DNA of 64,000 nucleotides from a virus. The position numbers and the translations under genes were made by a program. A model generated the notes under the pieces. It was not told the origin of the DNA and made no database searches. It saw only the letters and a program-made list of their open reading frames with translations. The stretch spans positions 1-64,000 of IMG/VR virus record IMGVR_UViG_3300030101_002380; one strand, written 5' to 3'. Shown piece by piece: positions 10,301-19,107 of this stretch (position 1 is the first letter of the stretch; every line of letters begins with the position of its first letter).

Positions 10301-13300
10301 TCTTTTTTACAAAAATATACTAAGTCATAGTTAGGATCATATACAGATTGACATCCTATACCTGCAACAGGATTGTCATAAAGATTAGGACAATCTTCTA
10401 TTTCAGGATATTGACTTAATAATCTAGAAGGTAAGTATTTATTAAACCATTGCTTCATACCATTATTTGCAATATTCTCCAAACCTTTACCCCCATAATT
10501 AAATATTTTTCCTTGAGCTTGTGATATATAATATAATCCAGAAGGTGTATTTATAACACTTCTAGAACTTTCACATGATCCATACTCATGTGCTTCATCT
10601 GCATTAACAACATTTTGCATTGGTTGACTAAATAGTCCTCCGTCACCAATAGTAAGTTTTGTTCCAAGATCTGTTTTTAGTTGATCTACCCCTTGGAATA
10701 ATGCTGGAGCTAAATTAGGGAATGTAACAAAAGCACCACTCTTTGATATGGGTTTTATTACATTTACTATATTCTTAAAGTCTTTAAAATTCATTGGTAA
10801 GAAGACTCTCCAAAAATCTTTCTTAGCTTCCTTCTGTGCCTGTAATGAATATATTAATCTTTTGGGATAATGCGTGAAACAAGTATCTGCTACAAGCGGA
10901 TCATAATCTCTATCTTGAATTTGACCAAAAGAAATAAGTTGTGTATTAAATCTTGATTTACTTAATGAATAATCATACTTGTAAAAATTATCTTTTCTAA
11001 TAATACTAGAATGATACATAGCTTCAAGATCAGTGTAGTCTACAAAATCATAATGTCTTTTTTCATCTACATCTTCATGATCTCTTAATCCCATGTTTAA
11101 TGTTGACTCTACAAAAAAGTCTTGTGTACCATTACAATGAGTATACATGTATCCATTCTTAACAAGGAATAAACTTCTTGTCTTTTTATCATTAGTAATA
11201 CCATCTGCAGTTAATGCAACACTTTGTGCATCACTATAATCATTATTTGTTTCATTAGGTCCACCAGATCCACTTACACCACCACCTCCAGCAGAACCTC
11301 CACTTCCTGCAACATCATCATTAATAGAATCATCATCAGGTCTATCTAAATAATGTAAATTATTAGGTGTTATAGCTGTCATATCATCATTATTACCTGT
11401 AATAAAAGCAAAACTTGTAATATACCTTACCAACTCTGAAAGATCATATTTAGCAGTATTCATCCAATATTTTGGGCGTGGAACATTAGATCTTAATCTA
11501 TAATCAAATGCAAAACCATCTGGTTGACCAGATAAGAAATCCCAGAAGAAAGGCATAATAACTTTTTCTGTATATCTGTTTATATAACAATCACCTCCAT
11601 AAACTATTCTTGTTTGAAACTCTGCATCACCTACATCTGTTACAGAAAGATCAAATTTAAATTCTCCTGTTTCTTCATCCTTTTCTATATACTCTTGTGT
11701 AAAATAATTAATACAACCTACTGGTATTTGTTTTATCTGATCTAATTGACCATATTGATTTTTAAATGCAACTTTTAATGCAGTATAATGTGCAGCTATA
11801 TCTGCTACTCTCCATTGTGAAGGATTAAACCACCCACCAAAAGTACCAATTTTAAATCTAGAATTGTCCTCAGCACCACTAGGTAATCTAAAACCTAATC
11901 CACCTGGAGGAGCTATACTTGAAACAGCAACTGTAGATGGTCTTTGGAGATTATTAATTCTTATTTCTGCAGTTAGATTCTGAATACTAGGTCCAACATA
12001 TCTTGCCTTATCTACTAACATTCTAAATATATCACCATCAACAGGAGCATTTGTATTTAAATAAAGCCCATGACCACTATACTTATACGCATAATCTTGA
12101 AAGCTAACAAGTTCATATATCATATCAATAATATGCTGACCACCTTCAGAAGTCAATTGCATAAAATTAAATATACCAAATAGTGCCTGTGTTATAGAAG
12201 GTGCTTCTGTAAATCTACCACCTTGATATGTTATTTCTTCACCTGCACCTATATACCCTCTATTAGTTTTTCTAGCTTCATTTGTTAAATTACCCATTTG
12301 TGTAAGGGTTGTAGAATCATAACCAAAACCAGGAGCTTGTTGCCATAGTTTTGGTCCCCCAAGTACTGTCGCTGTTGAGTAAAGACCACCTCTAACTGGT
12401 TCAGAAGTTGCATTTAATGGGTTGAAAGGATTAAAAACATTTTCATTTTGATATGATCTACCAGTAGCGGAACCACTATTCCCCATAAAATGAGCATTAA
12501 CATTCAATGCTTTAGGTGGTTGATTAGCATTAATACCTTGAGGAAAGCCATCTACTTGACCTTCAACACCTAATACATTATCAGTATCATAAGGTGCTAC
12601 ACCTTCATTACCTTCTTGCTGTGTATTGACAGCATACATATAATTAGTATTTGCTAATTGAGCAGGTCCTAAAGCAATTGGATAATCTACTGGAGTGGGA
12701 GTTGAAGTTCCAACATTGGCACCAAGTGCTCCACCAAATGCCCATGGTAATCCAACAGGATTTGCCTTTCTTCCGCCATCTCTTTCATTTGATGTATAAC
12801 CAATACTTAAACCTTTTGGTTTAACTTGTTTCTGCATTTTTTTACCACGCATCTCACCAATAGCATAACCTATACCTACCATGATACCAACCCACATAGC
12901 TAAGTTTCTTAATAGTTTAGCACGTGGATGTTCTTCAGATGGTCTAAATCTTCCTATAGATTTACCCGTGGTCATTCCATATGTTTTTACTTCAAATGGA
13001 GATAAGAATGGTTTATTAAATGATGTTTCTGGTGAGTGAAATGTAAATATAGTATCTGATGTTCCAGCAAGACCTTCTGGATACACATTTACATTTGTTG
13101 GGTTATTATAATTAAATGAAAAGCCAGAATTACTTGTTAAGAATACTTCCTCCTGCGCACTATTAAAAGGATAGTTAGGAATAAAACCTGCATCTACTGT
13201 ACTATCTGCACGTCCTTGTGCATTATCAGGTATATCATACTTCCTCATATTTCTTGATATACCTTTTGCTATAATAGATTTATTACCCTCTCTTGATCCT

Positions 13301-15066
13301 ACAAGAATTTCATATCCTACAATCCCTGGTATAATGGGACCTGTTGGCCTACCTTCGTCAGGTGTGCATAACTCACCCTCACTCTCACTAAATCTAGGCA
13401 TCTTGATATTTTCAAACTTTACACCAAGAACATTTATACTATGACCACTGTCAGAAGCTCTATCTAAAAATCCTCCAGGACCTGATGCTTCAAATGTTTC
13501 ATCTGGCATTTTATGATGTCTGATATACTTTCCACATAAATCAAATCTATCATCCCCATCATTTGTATTATATCTAACAGGATCTTGAGGATACTTTTCT
13601 GTAGATTGCCAATATGCCATATGACCTTCAGCAATAACTTCACCACAATCATCTGTTATTTTATCTCCTTCTACTAGACCCATTGGATCAGTTCCAAATT
13701 GTTGTGATTGATTTGATGCAGTATTATATATTTCAAATACTCTATCTGAACCCTCTGTATCACATAATCCATTTGCTGATGCTTGAGCAGTTAAATCATT
13801 TGAATCACCTGGTAAGTTATCTAATTCATCTAAAATATTTCCATTGGGAGCTCTCCATCCATTCCAAGATAAAGGTCTACCCGGTATATGATATGATCTA
13901 GATTTATCTCCAGTATTATAAACAAATCTAATAAAAAATGCATAAACCTCATCTCTCATAAATGTAGGTTTATTACCTCCTTTCTTGTAGTAATCAGAAG
14001 GAAATTTTGTAACTGTCCAGTGCGTATGTATTCTGTTAGCTATAGGTTGATAATTAAAATCATATTTTTCTGTAGGTCCTTGTCTTATTAGATAATCATT
14101 AACTACATACATCTTATCTGATCTATCAAACACAGGTGTTGTTAATGGTATAGTATTTAAAGGAACCGCCTTTAATGCCTGATTTATAAAATCAATACTA
14201 ATATGAGATTGCTCGGTACTGTATATACCCATCTCTTTAGCTTGTATTTCTCCTTGATTATGACTTAAAATTACTAATTGAAAATGTTCAAAGTTTTTAT
14301 CTAAACCAGATATTTCAATTTCTAAACCAGATAATAAATCTTCATGATCAAATAATGGCTGAATATTAGACATACCATAATAATCACCAATCTTTTGATC
14401 ATTTATTACATATGAAATAAAAGCTTGATATGATCCATTTCTTAATTGACCACCATCATTAGATCTTGAAAGTTTTATACATGGTATATCAACCAGTGGT
14501 GCTAATCTTAATTTTTCACAATCTACACATTCTGTAGTTTCATATTCTATACACTCAGCACCTGGTGGAGATATGACATTTTGTATATAAGGTATATCAT
14601 CTAAGTTTAATGTTCTAGAAGGATTTATACCATCATCCCAATATACTTGCCATGTACAATCAAAATTTTCTTTTGCTGCACCAGTAATTAAATTACTAGT
14701 ATTAAAGTTTAAACAATCACCCCCACATTGTTGATCATTATATACTGTCTCATATAGACATTGACTATCATCCCATGTACCTATTTCACTTTGAGTATTG
14801 TTAGTTGAGTAGATAACCCATTTATCACCATATAAATGTATTGTACCTATTATAGTATAAGGTGCACCACTACATATAATATTTGCAGGTTCATTACCTA
14901 AAGTTCCAACATCACCATCTTTAGAATTATTAATAGCGTTAATGGCATGAGTATAGTTCTCTTTACCCACTAAGGCTGTATTCAAATCCTTAGTCATTCC
15001 TTTAATAGGAATTCTAGTATCTGTAGAACTAGTATTTTGTAATTTAGGGGTTTGCTTCTTAGCCAT
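7333..15066 (-). CDS. Tail stabilization/nozzle (muzzle-like) protein with inserted vWA and beta-sandwich domains
   Basis: 2577 aa; follows ring/tubular genes as in crAss-like phages; scaffold-type motif SWTVSYD..WISFHDW; vWA MIDAS DIAIVLDLSGS..IVLTD; CPxGY Cys modules. Confidence 0.7.
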   Translation of the reverse strand: MAKKQTPKLQNTSSTDTRIPIKGMTKDLNTALVGKENYTHAINAINNSKDGDVGTLGNEPANIICSGAPYTIIGTIHLYGDKWVIYSTNNTQSEIGTWDDSQCLYETVYNDQQCGGDCLNFNTSNLITGAAKENFDCTWQVYWDDGINPSRTLNLDDIPYIQNVISPPGAECIEYETTECVDCEKLRLAPLVDIPCIKLSRSNDGGQLRNGSYQAFISYVINDQKIGDYYGMSNIQPLFDHEDLLSGLEIEISGLDKNFEHFQLVILSHNQGEIQAKEMGIYSTEQSHISIDFINQALKAVPLNTIPLTTPVFDRSDKMYVVNDYLIRQGPTEKYDFNYQPIANRIHTHWTVTKFPSDYYKKGGNKPTFMRDEVYAFFIRFVYNTGDKSRSYHIPGRPLSWNGWRAPNGNILDELDNLPGDSNDLTAQASANGLCDTEGSDRVFEIYNTASNQSQQFGTDPMGLVEGDKITDDCGEVIAEGHMAYWQSTEKYPQDPVRYNTNDGDDRFDLCGKYIRHHKMPDETFEASGPGGFLDRASDSGHSINVLGVKFENIKMPRFSESEGELCTPDEGRPTGPIIPGIVGYEILVGSREGNKSIIAKGISRNMRKYDIPDNAQGRADSTVDAGFIPNYPFNSAQEEVFLTSNSGFSFNYNNPTNVNVYPEGLAGTSDTIFTFHSPETSFNKPFLSPFEVKTYGMTTGKSIGRFRPSEEHPRAKLLRNLAMWVGIMVGIGYAIGEMRGKKMQKQVKPKGLSIGYTSNERDGGRKANPVGLPWAFGGALGANVGTSTPTPVDYPIALGPAQLANTNYMYAVNTQQEGNEGVAPYDTDNVLGVEGQVDGFPQGINANQPPKALNVNAHFMGNSGSATGRSYQNENVFNPFNPLNATSEPVRGGLYSTATVLGGPKLWQQAPGFGYDSTTLTQMGNLTNEARKTNRGYIGAGEEITYQGGRFTEAPSITQALFGIFNFMQLTSEGGQHIIDMIYELVSFQDYAYKYSGHGLYLNTNAPVDGDIFRMLVDKARYVGPSIQNLTAEIRINNLQRPSTVAVSSIAPPGGLGFRLPSGAEDNSRFKIGTFGGWFNPSQWRVADIAAHYTALKVAFKNQYGQLDQIKQIPVGCINYFTQEYIEKDEETGEFKFDLSVTDVGDAEFQTRIVYGGDCYINRYTEKVIMPFFWDFLSGQPDGFAFDYRLRSNVPRPKYWMNTAKYDLSELVRYITSFAFITGNNDDMTAITPNNLHYLDRPDDDSINDDVAGSGGSAGGGGVSGSGGPNETNNDYSDAQSVALTADGITNDKKTRSLFLVKNGYMYTHCNGTQDFFVESTLNMGLRDHEDVDEKRHYDFVDYTDLEAMYHSSIIRKDNFYKYDYSLSKSRFNTQLISFGQIQDRDYDPLVADTCFTHYPKRLIYSLQAQKEAKKDFWRVFLPMNFKDFKNIVNVIKPISKSGAFVTFPNLAPALFQGVDQLKTDLGTKLTIGDGGLFSQPMQNVVNADEAHEYGSCESSRSVINTPSGLYYISQAQGKIFNYGGKGLENIANNGMKQWFNKYLPSRLLSQYPEIEDCPNLYDNPVAGIGCQSVYDPNYDLVYFCKKDYEALNPDCINFDACNGFVYNLTQCNGTPPVPCCPNGYTYDPSNPVGQECEKIEIFDASERIVPGYNPIDIAIVLDLSGSNGSTAGAGTQGHQTGNAFATQFVQQIDSLLNGSLTNNPTAQNSVQIGLGVWTADPFTAACGNCSGPPGSRGTVAPMTTDSTLLNSITTNNGPTFGFGQPVLDGAGDEYDDAIIQGMAILDNFGGSSLGDRSGQAGYRRIMIVLTDADSGGSACTGANCFGCTTNIQNDVWNQGVETYIVQCTAANVPNIANAPQNVVGCMVQTMNNAFSAGPGQGAQVADIIADEFIFDIPEYFCDPGTVLNPCNPGLTQLPGTTGNSVNDYECRCEVYEPVTFFDATVPIELSDEQYFKDVSWTVSYDPKARAWISFHDWHPDLTIPSLNHFFTTKNITLDTPYCPPGYTYNPITDQCDPPGCPPGSTPQIVNGVEQCCFVGFIDPIIATDTEPVVGFGTSQFANPGFNLQQGDNYGWSQTPSPWNNGYLCQNQSDLVNGVMSPDTCPTNLPPVNSIQPYEGDAFIGMLQSGDPDSGCNGLGGFDGQGANPTYYQEGVWQLLVNGNGSPNSLAPNTLLVGSVALAQASSHPSTASFTNFAPTLEIWGGSEPPGFQGQNYRGSQFGYDGADTLGASELLWRSPDVTNIDQWVVYDYEFTATQSWEYIFFKIQVTRQLAGTEYGSPANDVNVSKYLCVDGLTIPLSEDSTRSCACPEGTDMVFNDPSNNYPPASPGDCIKEFDDNTSFLDPNTFDITCMYTECTPLLTAVPAQNELGAIWKHNARCDLFANYYNIDYPWEVELIESVGQVVNTVRSIEYQLESYIYRGNLENDCGDRFHDLDYNFDEAILHNTEQVSGLLSLNLSPKNNAPLITQFPVVTPNDIQILYSKEEQKYRFNMFWDVTADRGEFNPNTSEPIFITQLNGYIRELNQANINLAKPLFQRKKFRHYWNAVILRKRVSGNRKMLLKLNNSKLNVSFR

Positions 15067-15078
15067 TACTATTTATAT

Positions 15079-15990
15079 TTAACAAAATGTTGGATGACTC
15101 TTAAACATATCATAGTAATTATGATATTGAGCTCTTCTATTAACTTCCCATATTTTTCTCATCTCCTCAAATCCAGGAGTATTTATAAATCCAAGAGCAT
15201 TATTTCTTGCAGCTCTAAGTTTCTGTGCAATCAATGCTAATTGTTGTCCAACATTCTCACCCGCAAAAACCATATTCTCAAGTATTCTTTCTTTTAGTGC
15301 ATACTCATAATATTCATTACAATAAGGATGATCAAGAACTAAAAGATTACCATCATCATCTTCCATAGCACCTTGATAGCTTATATATACATGACCATTT
15401 GTAAAGTTAGTAAGTATGTAATTATCTTTTATTTCAGCTATGTATTTAGACTGTATATTTACATTTGGGCAATCACATTGAACTTTATTTGATGTACTAA
15501 ACCTTAAAGGATGATAATCTGTATAATGTCTGTATTGACTAGCACCTACAAATTGTACTACTATATGTTCATTATTATATTTAATTCCTCCTCTTCCTGT
15601 ATCTACAGGACATGTCTGTACTACACAAACATCTTTGCAATCTGTAGGAGTTACACATTGTTCTGGATCACCTGGATCTGGAACATATTTAGTATATGTT
15701 GTATCAACAGTAGTACCAGCCGGCATTGTATTATTTACAGAAAATGAATTACAACAAAATGCATAATTTAAATATGCAAAGTCAGTGGGTAGTTTAGCTT
15801 TACTATGTTCAATATCTACAACAGTTTCTTTAGTTCTATGTATTCTTAATCCAAGATCATAATTAACTCTGGTAGCAACTTTAATTAATTGTTGAGGTTC
15901 AATCATACCCTCTAAAGCATATGTTCTAAAATCTACAGTTACATCCTCTAGTAGTTGATCAAAAGTTCTATATTTATGTGAGACAGCCAT
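15079..15990 (-). CDS. Putative tail ring/tubular protein
   Basis: 303 aa; size and position between IHF-like gene and tail stabilization gene match crAss-like synteny. Confidence 0.55.
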   Translation of the reverse strand: MAVSHKYRTFDQLLEDVTVDFRTYALEGMIEPQQLIKVATRVNYDLGLRIHRTKETVVDIEHSKAKLPTDFAYLNYAFCCNSFSVNNTMPAGTTVDTTYTKYVPDPGDPEQCVTPTDCKDVCVVQTCPVDTGRGGIKYNNEHIVVQFVGASQYRHYTDYHPLRFSTSNKVQCDCPNVNIQSKYIAEIKDNYILTNFTNGHVYISYQGAMEDDDGNLLVLDHPYCNEYYEYALKERILENMVFAGENVGQQLALIAQKLRAARNNALGFINTPGFEEMRKIWEVNRRAQYHNYYDMFKSHPTFC

Positions 15991-16661
15991 TATCTATTAA
16001 TGTTTATTTTATTATCTGAATCTTCTGAAGGAACTTTCATTGTGTTCAACAATTGATTCATAACTTGTGTTTCTATTTCTGCAAACAAAAATTCTGGTAT
16101 AAAAACTTGTTGCTTATATCTTGGAACACAATCATCTTCTATATCACATGTATATTTAGAAATGTCTCCCTTAAAAATACCCTCTACTTTTATTGCATCC
16201 CATTCTACATTTGGTATGTAGATATAATCATTTAACCACCAATAGTATTTTGTTTTATTATATTTATGTGAAGTTGTTTTTGTCATAGAAGTATATGTAC
16301 CAGGACTAGTTGGTTGAAGTTCTATTGATGTATCTATAGAACTAACAGTTCTAATTAGTGGTCCCCAATAGCCTTCCATAAAGGTAGGTAGTTTATCTTT
16401 TGTTCTTTTAATAGTGCACCCACTTTGGATACCACTACACTTAGCTTCTACTTTATCAACATCTATTAGTTCAACAAAAGGAAGAGACTGCCATACACTA
16501 TTAAACTTCATAAGCTTATTAGCTGAGTCTTGTCTTCTCATAAAAAGTTGTGCATGTTTTTCTATAAGACTATAAATATATCTATCAGTCATAAAAGCAT
16601 CTTGTACTTCTGCTTTTATTGATTGTCTTATTCTTGAAACTACTTCCCCTATTGTTGTCAT
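15990..16661 (-). CDS. Putative tail ring/tubular protein
   Basis: 223 aa; translationally coupled to the next gene; crAss-like synteny. Confidence 0.55.
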   Translation of the reverse strand: MTTIGEVVSRIRQSIKAEVQDAFMTDRYIYSLIEKHAQLFMRRQDSANKLMKFNSVWQSLPFVELIDVDKVEAKCSGIQSGCTIKRTKDKLPTFMEGYWGPLIRTVSSIDTSIELQPTSPGTYTSMTKTTSHKYNKTKYYWWLNDYIYIPNVEWDAIKVEGIFKGDISKYTCDIEDDCVPRYKQQVFIPEFLFAEIETQVMNQLLNTMKVPSEDSDNKININR

Positions 16662-16663
16662 AA

Positions 16664-17185
16664 CTAACTGTTTTTTTTATACATATCAGCCACTCTCTTT
16701 TTATTTTCCATTTTAATATATCTTGTCCACTTTTTTGGATACTCACTTGCAACAGCTCTTTTAAATTGTCTTACTGCAGTAAATTGCCAAAGCTCTCTAT
16801 TTTTAAAACGGTATTTAGTAGAGTAGTTTGTGTAAAATATTTTTGCTACATTACCATCAGTTTCCCAGTTTTTATTCTGTAAAACTTTACCATATTCTTT
16901 TGAAAGTGCATAATTTGTATTTACAGTTTTTGCTGCTGGGCATGTTCCTATAAATATGTAGCCTAAAGAATCAGGCAATTCTACACCATCTCTATTTTTT
17001 ATTACTTCTTCCCATATTCTTCCATTAAATAATTTAATTATATTTTTTAATTTATCATTATCTATATTAGAGTATATAGGATTTTTATCTTTAAATTCAT
17101 TTATTAACTCTGCATTCAAAAGACCCAAGACCTTCTCTCTATATCTTGGGGCATTCAAATTAGGTTTTTTAAAATTATTTATCAT
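16664..17185 (-). CDS. IHF/HU-like DNA-binding protein of the crAss-like tail module
   Basis: Basic protein; helix-helix then GVELPDSLGYIFI resembles the HU/IHF fold; start moved from 17200 to ATG 17185 because a promoter-like motif lies at 17202-17210. Confidence 0.5.
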   Translation of the reverse strand: MINNFKKPNLNAPRYREKVLGLLNAELINEFKDKNPIYSNIDNDKLKNIIKLFNGRIWEEVIKNRDGVELPDSLGYIFIGTCPAAKTVNTNYALSKEYGKVLQNKNWETDGNVAKIFYTNYSTKYRFKNRELWQFTAVRQFKRAVASEYPKKWTRYIKMENKKRVADMYKKNS

Positions 17186-17201
17186 AATATTACCATACAT
17201 T

Positions 17202-17210
17202 ATAATTTAC
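17202..17210 (-). promoter_or_regulatory. Late-promoter motif variant GTAAATTAT
   Basis: One mismatch to GTATATTAT; intergenic, upstream of the tail operon. Confidence 0.45.
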
Positions 17211-17234
17211 AAAAAAAAGGTGATTTATTCAAGT

Positions 17235-18416
17235 TTATTCAGGTGAATATGTAAGTTCACAAATCTCACCTTTATCTGATGTGTGAAGAGATAATACGCC
17301 AGATCTTCTAGATCCTACAAATTTATTGTGATAATGATAATAATCTGTCTTAGATAAACTTGGTAAAATCTTTAATGTAAACCCTGTATTCTCATGCTGT
17401 GTTATATACTCAATTTTTTTCTTATGGTGATAGTGTCCAGTATATAATGTTCTAAATAATGTTCTACCCCATTGTCTTGGATATTCCATAGAATATAACA
17501 TTAAAGAGTTTTTTGTGTTTACATCACCATGCTCAAATGCAAAAAAGTTTTTACCATATACAAATACTTTTCTCTCTAGATAAACTACATCCCACTCTAT
17601 AGTTGGATCATCAAAACACATAGATAGTCCATGGGCTAGATGAAATGATGAAAGTCTATCATGATTGCCTGGTATATAAACTACTTGTAATTTGTCACAA
17701 AATTGTTTTATATAATTAACACTCCATAGTATAGCATCAAAAGCTTGTTTATAAGCCTCTGTAGCTGTCTTACAGTTATCTAAAGGCGTTCCTGATGTGG
17801 TAGTACCACTCCATGTATCCATATTAATTAAATCACCTCCTATAACATAATATATCTTTTCTAAATGATGAGCACTACAAGCTCTATTAACTAGATCAAT
17901 AATAGTTTCTTCAAAATCCTGATCAATAGTTTCATTACCTTCTTTACCAAAGTGTATATCCTGTAAAGACAAAACTCCAGCTGTTTTTACTTGACCTGGA
18001 GTTTTTATTCTTTTTACTTCTTTATATTTTTTAGGCTTAAATTCTTTTAATAACTCTGCAACGTTATCTATTTCATTATCCTTTATCTTTGTAACCATTG
18101 CTGATACACGCCAATGATCACCCATTTGTTTATTCCAATAACTAGATAACTTCCATTGTGTAGTATCTATATTTAAAATATCTATTATTTCTTCAGGTGA
18201 TTTAGGTTCAGATGAACTTATTGTTTCCATTTTTGCTTCACCTTTTTCTATATTATATTCATAAGATGATGATCCTGACTCTTGAAGAAGTCTAGCTTTT
18301 ACCATATCTTTTAATACGTCATAGTCTTCTACTGTCATTTCTAATTTATCTGCACAGTATTCTGATGTTTTTTTCCACTTAAATGATGCTTTAATTTTGT
18401 CTAATAATGATTCCAT
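17235..18416 (-). CDS. Calcineurin-like metallophosphoesterase
   Basis: All five motifs present: DIHFG, GGDLIN, PGNHD, EHGD, GHYHH. Confidence 0.85.
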   Translation of the reverse strand: MESLLDKIKASFKWKKTSEYCADKLEMTVEDYDVLKDMVKARLLQESGSSSYEYNIEKGEAKMETISSSEPKSPEEIIDILNIDTTQWKLSSYWNKQMGDHWRVSAMVTKIKDNEIDNVAELLKEFKPKKYKEVKRIKTPGQVKTAGVLSLQDIHFGKEGNETIDQDFEETIIDLVNRACSAHHLEKIYYVIGGDLINMDTWSGTTTSGTPLDNCKTATEAYKQAFDAILWSVNYIKQFCDKLQVVYIPGNHDRLSSFHLAHGLSMCFDDPTIEWDVVYLERKVFVYGKNFFAFEHGDVNTKNSLMLYSMEYPRQWGRTLFRTLYTGHYHHKKKIEYITQHENTGFTLKILPSLSKTDYYHYHNKFVGSRRSGVLSLHTSDKGEICELTYSPE

Positions 18417-18470
18417 AGTAGTTAATAATAATTAATAAATTGGTTGCAAGATACAAAAAAATATTGTATA

Positions 18471-18504
18471 AAGAGAGAAACCCTAGATTTCTCCAGGGTT
18501 TCCC
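18471..18504 (-). terminator. Intrinsic terminator-like hairpin
   Basis: Minus strand GGGAAACCCTGGAGAAATCTAGGGTTTCTCTCTT: GAAACCCT/AGGGTTTC stem then pyrimidine tail, downstream of 18552-19088. Confidence 0.55.
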
Positions 18505-18551
18505 AACAATTGCAGAGTTAAAACCAACAAACTTTCTCTACTTTTGTTTTA

Positions 18552-19088
18552 CTATAATGTGGTTATAAATAAATCAACAGAGTCATAATCTGTACCACCA
18601 ACTGTAGCAGCTACTTTGAATTGATAATTAGTTGCAGGGGTTAATCCTGTAACTTCATATTCTGTTGCACCTGCACCTAATGTAGCAATTAAACTATATG
18701 CTCCACCAGCATTTGCTTGATGAACTTTAATTGCTGTAACACCGTTTGGTACACCTTGCCACATAAGTTTTACTGTACTATTTGTAAGTGTATCACGGAA
18801 TAAATGAAGAATACTCTTATCCCAATTTGCTGGATATTGAATAAATAATGCAAATCTTTGTAGTATAAAATCAAGTCTTTCACCTTCAGTTACACCAAGT
18901 GTATTACCGCCTTGTGTTACAGAAAATGTTTCTTGACAATAACTTACACATCCAGCACATTGAATATCTTCACATATTTCTGTGGAAGCTCCTCTTTTAC
19001 ATTCTGTATAACTACAAGGAGTTGTTAAGCCATGATCTTGACAAGCACATGGTGATGATTTAGTATGTCCGCATTTTTTACAAGCCAT
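18552..19088 (-). CDS. Cys-rich protein with C-terminal fibronectin type III domain (structural/fibre accessory)
   Basis: Cys-rich N-terminus; TVKLMW..YEVTGLTPATNYQFKVAA is a typical FN3 pattern. Confidence 0.7.
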   Translation of the reverse strand: MACKKCGHTKSSPCACQDHGLTTPCSYTECKRGASTEICEDIQCAGCVSYCQETFSVTQGGNTLGVTEGERLDFILQRFALFIQYPANWDKSILHLFRDTLTNSTVKLMWQGVPNGVTAIKVHQANAGGAYSLIATLGAGATEYEVTGLTPATNYQFKVAATVGGTDYDSVDLFITTL

Positions 19089-19107
19089 TTTTTTTAATTT
19101 TTAACTG